Both the position numbers and the translations under genes were made by a program. 64,000 bases of DNA from Candidatus Binatia bacterium (lineage in GTDB: Bacteria; Desulfobacterota; Binatia; HRBIN30), in assembly GCA_038245295.1 (NCBI GenBank), contig JBBRSP010000002.1, forward strand, positions 64,001 to 128,000, read 5' to 3'. A model generated the notes under the pieces. That model searched no databases. It worked only from the letters and a program-made list of their open reading frames with translations, and was not told the origin of the DNA. Position 1 is the stretch's first letter. Every line of letters starts with the position of its first letter. Below, piece after piece: positions 18,678 through 27,092 of this stretch.

Positions 18678-18974
18678 GCGTCCAAGTTGCCTGAGAAGGG
18701 TCGCCGTGGGAAGAAAATTCGTCGTCCCGGAAGTGGGGTGATTTCCTCGGAAGAAGATGTAGAATCCCGAATTCCCCTCTCCCACCGTGGATCCCAGACA
18801 GTGGGAGAGGGGGAGCTTGGTCTCCAACGACGCGGGGGCACTGGGCTCGTGGGCACTCGGTTGAAATGACCCCACCACCGTCGTCCCGACGAAGGCAGGG
18901 ACCTACGTGTCGAAAGTCTTTGGGTTCGACCGAACCCTGCACCGTGCACCCTCCGAGGCCGGCACGAACAAACC

Positions 18975-20471
18975 CTACCGACAAGCTGGGTGATCGCGCA
19001 CGACAGCTGCTGGTGTCGCGCCGCCGCTATCGACCGCGGCATTCCAGCGCCGCATCCGCTCGGGATCAATGCTGTGCTCGAGAGCCGCAAAACGTGCGGC
19101 GATCTCGGGCTGGTCGCGGGCCAGCCGCTCGGAGACGACGACAATGGCATCATACGGTGGAATCGCACCACGATCGTCGCTGAGCACATGCAGGTGCATC
19201 GCATCGATGCGACCGTCTGTCGTGTAGCCGGCGATCACGTCGACGCCGCCGGTCGAGAGTGCGTCGTAAAGCAGCGACGGATCCATGGCACGTGTCTCGC
19301 GCGGTGCGAGTCCGTAGCTCGCTCGCAACGCCTGCCACTCGCTACGCTCGAAGAACTCATAGTCGCCGCCAAACAGGCTCGTCGCCGCCGCGCCGAGATC
19401 GCTGATACGTTGGGCCGGATTGTCGGCGCGCACCACCAGGGCGTAGGCATTCTCGAACCCGAGATCGGCGACGACGCGCACCCCGAAGTCACGCTGTAAC
19501 GCCGCCGCGACCTCCGAACGCATGGTCTCGCGATCAACCTGCGTCGTACGCTTGAGGATCGTGCTCCAGGCGGTGCCGGTGTACTCGACGTAGGCATCAA
19601 GATCCCCGGAACGCACCGCATCAAACGCCACGGTCGTCCCCAGGGATGGTCGTACTTCCACCGGCGAGTTGTTGCCCACCGCGCAACGCAGCACCTCGGC
19701 GAGAATCAATTGCTCGGTGAAGCTCTTGGCGCCGATACGAATCGGCCGCGCCGCGGAGCTCGGAGCCAAGCCGACGATCACGGCGCCAACAGTCGCCATC
19801 CCGATGGCCCCGAACACAACGGCGGCAACGCGACCAGGACGCCGTCCGCGCGCGCGCCGCTCGGCCCACGTCAACAACGCATCGAGGCTGATCGCCATGG
19901 CGGCGGCGGCGGCACAGCCGAGCGCCACCTGATCGTAATGCCGCGTCTGCAAGCCGCTGAAGATGAGATTGCCGAGACTGCGCGCGCCGATTGGCGTCGC
20001 CAGGGTTGCCATTCCAACGGTCCAGGCAGTCGCCGTGCGCAATCCTGCGAGCGTCGCCGGCATCGCCAGCGGCAAATCAACCAGACGGAACCGCTGACGA
20101 TCGGTCATACCGACGGCAAGCGCCGCCTGATCGACCGCCGGATCAATCGACCGGATGCCAACGACCACCCCGCGTGCAATCGGCAAGATGGCGTACAACG
20201 TCAGGGCAACCAACGCCGGCACCTCGCCAATGCCGGAGATCGGCAAGCCAGACACGTGGCCGAGCCAGGCAAACAACGGCACCATCGCCGCCAGCAGCGC
20301 CAACGCCGGCACCGCCTGAATGAGTGAAGCAGCACCAAGCGCGCTACGCTCAACGAACCGGTTGCGCGCTGCCACGATGCCGATGGTCAGACCAAACACG
20401 GAACCAACACCGATGGCGATCAACACGAGACGCAAGTGGGCAACGAAGAGGGAGAGAACATCCGACGTCAT
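18975..20471 (-). CDS. ABC transporter fused permease + substrate-binding protein (OpuBC/EgtU-like quaternary-amine importer)
   Basis: N-terminal TM helices with EAA-like AALAVGMT; C-terminal SBP motifs GAKSFTEQ, YVEYTGT, FENAYAL, TTDGRI, PPYDA. Confidence 0.88.
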   Translation of the reverse strand: MTSDVLSLFVAHLRLVLIAIGVGSVFGLTIGIVAARNRFVERSALGAASLIQAVPALALLAAMVPLFAWLGHVSGLPISGIGEVPALVALTLYAILPIARGVVVGIRSIDPAVDQAALAVGMTDRQRFRLVDLPLAMPATLAGLRTATAWTVGMATLATPIGARSLGNLIFSGLQTRHYDQVALGCAAAAAMAISLDALLTWAERRARGRRPGRVAAVVFGAIGMATVGAVIVGLAPSSAARPIRIGAKSFTEQLILAEVLRCAVGNNSPVEVRPSLGTTVAFDAVRSGDLDAYVEYTGTAWSTILKRTTQVDRETMRSEVAAALQRDFGVRVVADLGFENAYALVVRADNPAQRISDLGAAATSLFGGDYEFFERSEWQALRASYGLAPRETRAMDPSLLYDALSTGGVDVIAGYTTDGRIDAMHLHVLSDDRGAIPPYDAIVVVSERLARDQPEIAARFAALEHSIDPERMRRWNAAVDSGGATPAAVVRDHPACR

Positions 20472-21289
20472 GTCGCCGGCCCCGCCGTATCCGCCGCCTT
20501 GGTCCCATCCGTCGCATTCGTCCCATCGCCGAGCAGCACCGCCCGCCGCCGCGCCGCATCCACCAGTGCCTGCACCGCCGGGCCTGCCGGCGCCCGCACG
20601 ACCTCCGCCGGCGTCCCCAGCTGCACCAGACCGCCATCGACCAGAACGGCAATACGCGTGCCGAGCAGAATCGCCTCGGACAAGTCATGCGACACAAGGA
20701 TCGTCGTCACCCGACTCTGACGCTGGATCTCCAGGAGCAAATCCTGCAGACGAGCCCGCGTGTCCGGGTCGAGTGCGCCGAACGGCTCGTCCAACAACAG
20801 CAGCGGCGGCGCCGCGGCCAGAGCGCGCGCCACGGCAACACGCTGAGCCTGCCCACCCGACAACTCACTCGGGAGACGGTCGCGATATGCGGCGGGCTCG
20901 AGACCAACGCTGGCAAGCATCACCTCGATGCGTGCCTCGATGCGCGCCGCATCCCACCCCGCCAGGCGCGGTGTGATCCCGACATTCTCGGCGACCGTCA
21001 AATGCGGAAAGAGACCGAGACCCTGAAAGCAGTATCCAATGCGACGGCGTAGCTCGTGCGGCACCAGGGCGCGGGCATCCTCGTCGTCGAGGCGCACGAA
21101 GCCGGATTCGATTTCGATGAGACGATTGATCGACGACAGCAGACTGGATTTGCCGGAGCCCGAGGGACCAATGATAACCAACAGCTCGCCCGGTTCTACC
21201 GTTAGCGAAACGTGGTCGACGGCGACGCGGTTGCCGCGACGTACGACGAGATCACGGATCTCGACCCTGGCGCCGGTCCCACCACGCAC
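20468..21289 (-). CDS. ABC transporter ATP-binding protein (OpuA/OpuBA/EgtV-like)
   Basis: GPSGSGKS, LSGGQAQR, LLLDEPFGALD; ATGA overlap with the permease. Confidence 0.9.
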   Translation of the reverse strand: MRGGTGARVEIRDLVVRRGNRVAVDHVSLTVEPGELLVIIGPSGSGKSSLLSSINRLIEIESGFVRLDDEDARALVPHELRRRIGYCFQGLGLFPHLTVAENVGITPRLAGWDAARIEARIEVMLASVGLEPAAYRDRLPSELSGGQAQRVAVARALAAAPPLLLLDEPFGALDPDTRARLQDLLLEIQRQSRVTTILVSHDLSEAILLGTRIAVLVDGGLVQLGTPAEVVRAPAGPAVQALVDAARRRAVLLGDGTNATDGTKAADTAGPAT

Positions 21290-21309
21290 GCCCGTCCCCC
21301 CGATCTCGC

Positions 21310-21591
21310 TCAGGCGGTGACCTTGACGCCTTTCCAGAACGCGACGCGACCGCTTATCTCTTTGGCGGCTTCGGATGGCGTCGGGTAGTACCACGCCGCA
21401 TCGTGGTTGACGTTGTCGCCGACAACGACGTCGTAGTAACTCGCCGCACCCTTCCAGGCGCACGTTGTGTGGGTGCTGCTCGGGCGCAGATGCGCTGGGC
21501 CGACCGCGGCGAGTGGGAAGTAATGATTGCCTTCGACCACAACGGTGTCGTCACTCTGCGCAATGACCGTATCGTTCCAAATTGCTTTCAT
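21310..21591 (-). CDS. DUF427-family protein
   Basis: MKAIWNDTVIAQSDDTVVVEGNHYFP...CAWKGAASYY...AAWYYPTP...RVAFWKGV; RBS GGAGGG. Confidence 0.9.
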   Translation of the reverse strand: MKAIWNDTVIAQSDDTVVVEGNHYFPLAAVGPAHLRPSSTHTTCAWKGAASYYDVVVGDNVNHDAAWYYPTPSEAAKEISGRVAFWKGVKVTA

Positions 21592-21604
21592 GCACCCTCC
21601 CTTG

Positions 21605-22564
21605 TCAGGCGTCGAGCCAATGGATGCTGACACGTTCGTCGGGGTCGAACCAGACGGCGCCCGGGCCGAGGCCAGCTTGGACCGCCAGGCGTCGGAAAGC
21701 GGCAACATCGTGTTTGTAACAGTGTTCGGTGACGATGTGTTCGCCGGCCTTGAACGGAAAACTTTGCCCACCAACTCGGATGAGCGTCGCGCGCGTTGCC
21801 ACCAGTCGCATCTCGACACGTGAGTGTTCGGGTTGCCATGGAGCGGCGTGTCGAAAGGCGTCGCTCTCCAATTCGGCACCGAGCTCACTCTGTAGACGTG
21901 TCATCAGATTGAGATTGAACGCCGCAGTTACACCGTGGCGATCATCGTAGGCGCGTTCCAGAACGGCGCGCTCTTTGGGGAGATCGACACCGACAAGCAC
22001 GACGCCGCCGCGGCCAGCGAGGATCCGCGCCCGATCCAAAAACGCCACCGCCGCGCGCGGCTCGAAATTGCCGATGCTGGAGCCTGGGAAAAAGACGACG
22101 CGTCGTGTTCCCTCGATGGCGCGTAGCCCATCAATACGACCCGAGTAATCGGCAACCATCGGCTCGATCGCCAGATCCGGATACAGATGCTGCAGTCGTT
22201 CGGCGGTCGCAAACAAGTACTCACCCGAGATATCGATCGGCACGTAGCGCGCCGGCGTTAACAGGGCATCGAGAAGGATCCGCGTTTTGATGCTGCTGCC
22301 ACTGCCGAGCTCCACCAGGTCGACCGCGCGTCCGAGCGCCGCCGCGATGGCCGCGGCGTGCATGGTGAGCAATTCCGTCTCGGCGCCGGTGAGATAGTAG
22401 TCGGGCTCTTCGGCTATGCGGTCGAACAGCTCCGAGCCGTGGCGATCGTAGAAGTACTTGCAAGGCAGTATGCGCGGGTGCGCCGTCAGCCCTTCGAGAA
22501 CATCGCGCAGGAACTGACCGTGAAGAGTTGCCTCTGGACGCTTGGCCCCAATCAAAGCGATCAT
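21605..22564 (-). CDS. egtD: L-histidine N-alpha-methyltransferase EgtD
   Basis: PCKYFYD, ELGSGSSIKT, FPGSSIGN, AYDDRHGVTAAFNLN, TEHCYK. Confidence 0.93.
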   Translation of the reverse strand: MIALIGAKRPEATLHGQFLRDVLEGLTAHPRILPCKYFYDRHGSELFDRIAEEPDYYLTGAETELLTMHAAAIAAALGRAVDLVELGSGSSIKTRILLDALLTPARYVPIDISGEYLFATAERLQHLYPDLAIEPMVADYSGRIDGLRAIEGTRRVVFFPGSSIGNFEPRAAVAFLDRARILAGRGGVVLVGVDLPKERAVLERAYDDRHGVTAAFNLNLMTRLQSELGAELESDAFRHAAPWQPEHSRVEMRLVATRATLIRVGGQSFPFKAGEHIVTEHCYKHDVAAFRRLAVQAGLGPGAVWFDPDERVSIHWLDA

Positions 22565-22565
22565 C

Positions 22566-23864
22566 TCAACTCCATCGCGCCAGACGCAGCCCGCTCATTT
22601 GCCAACGGGCCGGTGGCGGAAAGAAGTTCCGATAGGTGGGTCGCATATGCTCTTGCGGCGTCAAACACGATCCGCCTCGCAGAACCATCTGGTTGCACAT
22701 GAACTTCCCATTGTACTCCGCAAACGCGCCATCAAAAGGCCGGTACCGCGCGTACGGCGCATACGAACTGCCAGTCCACTCCCACACGTCGCCGAAGAAC
22801 TGCGACGACCCGCCGGTCGGACGCGGATGCAACGCGCCCGATTCGAGGAAGTTGCCGGCCAGCGGGTGACGCGCAGCAACCACTTCCCATTCCGCTTCGC
22901 TCGGCAACCGGGCGCCGGCCCAGCGTGCATAAGCATCCGCCTCGTAGAAGCTGACGTGTGAAACCGGCGCATCGAGATCGACTGGTACCAGACCATCGCG
23001 CAACGAGTATTCACACCAGATGTCACCGCGGCGGCGCCAGTAGAGGGGCGCCGTCCATTGCTCCACCTGAACCGTGGCCCAGCCGTCACTGAGCCAGAGG
23101 CTCGGCGTTGCGTAACCGTTGTCCGCAATGAATTCAGCGTACTCGCGTCCGCTGACGGGACGCGTGGCCATCTCAAAAGGCTCGAGCCAGACGCGTTGGC
23201 GTGGCGATTCGTTGTCGAAGGCGAAGCCAGCCTGCTGATCCCAACCGATCTCGACCAAGCCACCTTGCTCGCGATGCCAGGTCGTCGCGGCGGGCGCCGA
23301 TGACACCACGGACCGTCGTTGTTGCGGACCATCCGACGTCGGGGCAGCGGCGTAAAGAACCGGCTTGATGTCGGTGAGGATCAACTCCTGATGCTGTTCC
23401 TCATGATGCGTCCCCAGCTCCAAGGCCGGAGCCGCAGCCCGCCACACGTCGTCTGGGGCGCGCTCCAAGAATTTCTTCATCGCCGCGTCGATGCGCGCGC
23501 GGTACGCCACTACTTCTGGCAGTGTCGGCCGCACGATCAACGAGCGGGCCTGGCGCGGTTGTCGCGGACCGATGGCCTCGTAGTATGAATTGAAAACGAA
23601 CTCGAAGTGCGGGTCGACGCCATCATGGAAACGATCGTGGGCCGCCAAGACAAATCTGTCGAAGAACCACGTCGTGTGGGCAAGATGCCACTTGGTAGGG
23701 CTGGCATCCGGGAACGCCTGCGCCAATTGCTCGTCAGGCGAGAAGCGGCTGGCGAGCCGGCACGTCTGGGCGCGAACGCGCTCGTAGCGCTGCATCAGGA
23801 TGTCGCGTTCGCAAACCACCGCGGCAGCATTGGCGCGACGCAGGGCCATTTGCGCTTCCGACAT
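22566..23864 (-). CDS. egtB: Ergothioneine biosynthesis sulfoxide synthase EgtB (type II-like)
   Basis: SPTKWHLAHTTWFF, FNSYY, HHEEQHQE iron ligands, FGE-like C-terminus GDVWEWT, EYNGKFM, YRNFF. Confidence 0.93.
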   Translation of the reverse strand: MSEAQMALRRANAAAVVCERDILMQRYERVRAQTCRLASRFSPDEQLAQAFPDASPTKWHLAHTTWFFDRFVLAAHDRFHDGVDPHFEFVFNSYYEAIGPRQPRQARSLIVRPTLPEVVAYRARIDAAMKKFLERAPDDVWRAAAPALELGTHHEEQHQELILTDIKPVLYAAAPTSDGPQQRRSVVSSAPAATTWHREQGGLVEIGWDQQAGFAFDNESPRQRVWLEPFEMATRPVSGREYAEFIADNGYATPSLWLSDGWATVQVEQWTAPLYWRRRGDIWCEYSLRDGLVPVDLDAPVSHVSFYEADAYARWAGARLPSEAEWEVVAARHPLAGNFLESGALHPRPTGGSSQFFGDVWEWTGSSYAPYARYRPFDGAFAEYNGKFMCNQMVLRGGSCLTPQEHMRPTYRNFFPPPARWQMSGLRLARWS

Positions 23865-24023
23865 CCCTGCCCCCTACACGCACTTCACCCTCGGGGGCAA
23901 CCCGGGAAATTTCGGCCACGCGCATGCAACCCGTGCCGTGCCGCGGGCCCGTGCCCCGTGGCTGACCACGGAGCAGTTGCTTGTTTCAACTCGGGCACCC
24001 TCCTAAGAGAGCAGGCAGCCACT

Positions 24024-25415
24024 ATGCCGACGCTGATGATTCTCGAAGACGAGCCCGTCCTGGGGCGCAATCTAGCCAAGCTCTTCACACGCGATGGCTT
24101 CGAAGTGCACCTGGCGCCGACGCTGGCCGAGGCCCGAAAGATTTTCGCCGCTACGCCGCCGGACGTCGCGCTGATGGACCTGCAACTGCCGGATGGCAGT
24201 GGTCTCGACCTGCTGGAATCGTTGATCAACAGTGATCCCGATCTCGCGGTGATCATGATGACCGCCTACGGATCGGTCAGCGATGCCGTGCGGGCGATGC
24301 AGCACGGGGCGCGTGATTACGTCCAAAAACCCTTCGAGCTCGACGAGATTCGCCTCAAGGTCGGCAACGCCCTGCGCCAGGCGCGGCAGCATCGCGAAAT
24401 TTCGTACTACCGCGAGCGCCGCATATCGGTCGGCGCCATCCTCGGCGAATCGGCGGTCGCCGAGCACATGCGCAAGATGATCGAGCGTATCGCTCGTGTC
24501 ACCACCGGCGTCGGCGGCCCGGCACCGACTGTCCTGCTGTTGGGCGAGACCGGCAGCGGCAAGGGCCATGTGGCGCGCTCGCTGCACGCCGCCGGCGGCC
24601 GCAAGGATGGACCGCTGATCGAGGTGAACTGCACGGCGTTGCCGGAGAATCTCGTCGAAGCCGAACTCTTCGGTTACGAGAAGGGTGCCTTCACGGATGC
24701 CAAGACGGCGCGCGCCGGGCTGTTTGAGACCGCCGAGGGCGGAACACTGTTCCTCGATGAGATCGGCCACATCTCGATGCCGCTGCAGGCCAAGTTCCTC
24801 AAAGCGATCGAAGATAAAGCCATTCGCCGAATCGGCGCCACGGCAACGCGACGCATCGACGTACAAATCGTCGCCGCCACGAACCGTGACCTCGAAGCGG
24901 CGGTGCGTCTCGGCGAGTTTCGCGAAGACCTTTATCAACGCCTCTCCGTCGCCGTGATTCGCATCCCACCCGTGCGCGAGCGCGACGGCGACGCGGCGCG
25001 ACTGGCGGCAGCGTTTCTGGAAGAGACGTGCCGGCGCTATTCGATGCCACCGCGGCAACTGAGCCCCGAAGCGCTGGCGACGATCAACCGTTATCCTTGG
25101 CCGGGCAACGTTCGCGAGATCGCCAATGCGATGGAACGCGTCGTACTGTTCTCCGACAGCGATCCCGTGCAGGTGGCAGACCTGGGTCTACCGGCGACTA
25201 CGATTCCTCCGGCGGGTGGGCATATCTCGGCCACCGCCAGCGGCGAGTTGGTCATCGATTTCCCCGACTCTGGCATTTCGTTGGAAGCCGTCGAACGCAC
25301 ACTGATTGTCCTGGCTCTCGAGAAGGCCGCGTCGAACCAAAGCGCCGCCGCCCGCCTGCTCGGAGTCTCGCGCGACACGTTGCGCTATAGGATGGACAAA
25401 TTCGGGTTGGAGTGA
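24024..25415 (+). CDS. Sigma-54-dependent response regulator (NtrC/AtoC family)
   Basis: REC (LEDE, MDLQLPD), GETGSGK, ELFGYEKGAFTDA, FLDEIG, WPGNVRE, C-terminal Fis HTH. Confidence 0.95.
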   Translation: MPTLMILEDEPVLGRNLAKLFTRDGFEVHLAPTLAEARKIFAATPPDVALMDLQLPDGSGLDLLESLINSDPDLAVIMMTAYGSVSDAVRAMQHGARDYVQKPFELDEIRLKVGNALRQARQHREISYYRERRISVGAILGESAVAEHMRKMIERIARVTTGVGGPAPTVLLLGETGSGKGHVARSLHAAGGRKDGPLIEVNCTALPENLVEAELFGYEKGAFTDAKTARAGLFETAEGGTLFLDEIGHISMPLQAKFLKAIEDKAIRRIGATATRRIDVQIVAATNRDLEAAVRLGEFREDLYQRLSVAVIRIPPVRERDGDAARLAAAFLEETCRRYSMPPRQLSPEALATINRYPWPGNVREIANAMERVVLFSDSDPVQVADLGLPATTIPPAGGHISATASGELVIDFPDSGISLEAVERTLIVLALEKAASNQSAAARLLGVSRDTLRYRMDKFGLE

Positions 25416-25455
25416 GGGGTGGCGGGTCCGGATTTGCGAGGGTGCCGCTGATGCC

Positions 25456-25533
25456 GGGCAAGGGCAAGGGCAAGACTCACCAGACTCAGAGGATTTCGAA
25501 CTTCAAAACTTGCCCTTGCCGTTGCCTTTGCCC
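25456..25533. repeat. GGGCAA/TTGCCC hexamer palindrome between convergent genes
   Basis: GGGCAAGGGCAAGGGCAAG ... CTTGCCCTTGCCGTTGCCTTTGCCC. Confidence 0.6.
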
Positions 25534-25559
25534 TCGAGTTACCAGGCCGGGCTCCCAAC

Positions 25560-27038
25560 CTACCGGCGTCGCGACAACAACCCGACGACGCTCATCGCAC
25601 TGCAGCCCAGCGCGAAGACGTCGCCAAACGAGCGGTAGAACGACCATGCCGGATCGATCGGCATCATCACTTGCTCCGCCACGGCCGCACGCGCTGGGAG
25701 ACGCAGCAGCTCTTGACCGCTGGGGTCGATGACGCCGCTGATGCCGCTGTTGGTGGCGCGTACCAGACTTACACGATTCTCGATCGCCCGCAGACGGGCG
25801 AAGGCATAGTGCTGCTGCGGGCCGGCGCCGGCCTCGAACCACGAATCGTTGGACAGGTTGACCAAGAACGTCGCGCCGCGCGTCGTCAGATCTCGCGCCA
25901 GTTCCGGATACAGCGCTTCGTAGCAAATCAGCGCCCCGAACGGGTGGCCGCCGGCGTTCAAAATGGCTGGTTGTCCGCCGGCGCTGTAAGGGCCATCGGC
26001 GCGTAAGGGCATGTACTCGACAAACGGCAGCAGGCGACGTTTGTCATAGAACGTCAGCGCTCCGGCGGAATCGAGAACGAAGGCGGAGTTATGCAGCAGT
26101 CCGCTGCCGGCGCCGCTATCGGCGGCGCGTGGCGCTCCGAAAACCAAGGTGGCTCCGGAGGAACGCAGTTGCTCCATCACCGGCGCCAACAGGTCCGGGT
26201 TATCCTGCGGGAAGAAACCGACGGCGTTCTCCGGCCAGACAATCAGGTTGGCGGGCGGGGTCGCACCGTGCCGCGTCAGGTCGATGTATTGCCGCAGGTG
26301 CGCCGCGAAGTTCTCCGGACGACCGCGTTCGCCATTGGCGAGATTGGCCTGCACGATCTCGACCGCGAGCGAGTCAGGGGCAGGGCGGCTGAACTGCCAC
26401 AAGCGAACTTCGCCATAGGCCAGCACGCCGCTCACCAACACGAGAGCCATCAATGCCGGGCGTCGGGTGCGCGGCAAATCCGCTAGTGCCGCGCTGCTGA
26501 ACGACAGGAGGAACGTCAGGCCGTAAACGCCGGTGAGATCGACGAGCTGCAACAGCGGCAACGCCGTTGGTGATTGCCCAAGCAGAGCCCACGGGTTGCC
26601 GCCGAAACTGTGAGCCCGCACATGTTCTGTGGTGACGAACCACAACGCCAGCCAGAGTGCGCGCCGCCGACGCGGCAGAAACACTGCTCCCAGCCCGAAG
26701 AGAGCGAAGTGCAGCGAGACGAAGATCTGGTTGACGCCGACGGTGAAGGCAATGGCCCCCGGCATGCCGACGCCGAAGTAGTCGTATGCCGCGTGGAACA
26801 TCCAATGCCCTGTCACGCCGAGCGAGCCGACAGTGCCGGCCAACCAGCCCAGCCCAAAAGCCGTTAGCGGCGGGGCTCCGTCGAGAGCCAGGAATAGCGG
26901 CGTCAGTGCGACCCAGCCGAGAACCGCGGCGTCAAACGGCGGGTACAAGAGCGTCAGGAGAACGCCGCTCAGCAGGGTGAGCGCGCCGCGCCGTAGGAGC
27001 GATTGGGGGAGGGGAGTCTCCGGAATGGGCCGCGGCAT
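25560..27038 (-). CDS. lnt: Apolipoprotein N-acyltransferase
   Basis: TM N-terminus, GNPWALLG, nitrilase triad WPENA / YDKRRLLPF / LICYE, NLSNDSWF, RAIENR, RATNSGIS. Confidence 0.9.
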   Translation of the reverse strand: MPRPIPETPLPQSLLRRGALTLLSGVLLTLLYPPFDAAVLGWVALTPLFLALDGAPPLTAFGLGWLAGTVGSLGVTGHWMFHAAYDYFGVGMPGAIAFTVGVNQIFVSLHFALFGLGAVFLPRRRRALWLALWFVTTEHVRAHSFGGNPWALLGQSPTALPLLQLVDLTGVYGLTFLLSFSSAALADLPRTRRPALMALVLVSGVLAYGEVRLWQFSRPAPDSLAVEIVQANLANGERGRPENFAAHLRQYIDLTRHGATPPANLIVWPENAVGFFPQDNPDLLAPVMEQLRSSGATLVFGAPRAADSGAGSGLLHNSAFVLDSAGALTFYDKRRLLPFVEYMPLRADGPYSAGGQPAILNAGGHPFGALICYEALYPELARDLTTRGATFLVNLSNDSWFEAGAGPQQHYAFARLRAIENRVSLVRATNSGISGVIDPSGQELLRLPARAAVAEQVMMPIDPAWSFYRSFGDVFALGCSAMSVVGLLSRRR

Positions 27039-27092
27039 GACGTAACGTCTGTGCTATGGCGGCGCGGAACACAATCGCCGCGACGGAGAAGA

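Noticed and set aside
22566..23864. EgtB considered as selenoneine synthase SenA or ovothiol OvoA
   Set aside because: No senB/selD neighbours, no C-terminal methyltransferase fusion, and NSYY fits type II EgtB.
18850..24000. Loose inverted similarity (GGGCACTCGGTTGAAA versus GGGTGCCCGAGTTGAAA) flanking the egt operon as transposon ends
   Set aside because: Short and mismatched, with no target duplication or transposase.
24690..24705. GAFTDA instead of GAFTGA read as a defective sigma-54 activator
   Set aside because: GAFTDA is a common natural variant among bacterial enhancer-binding proteins and is not evidence of inactivity.
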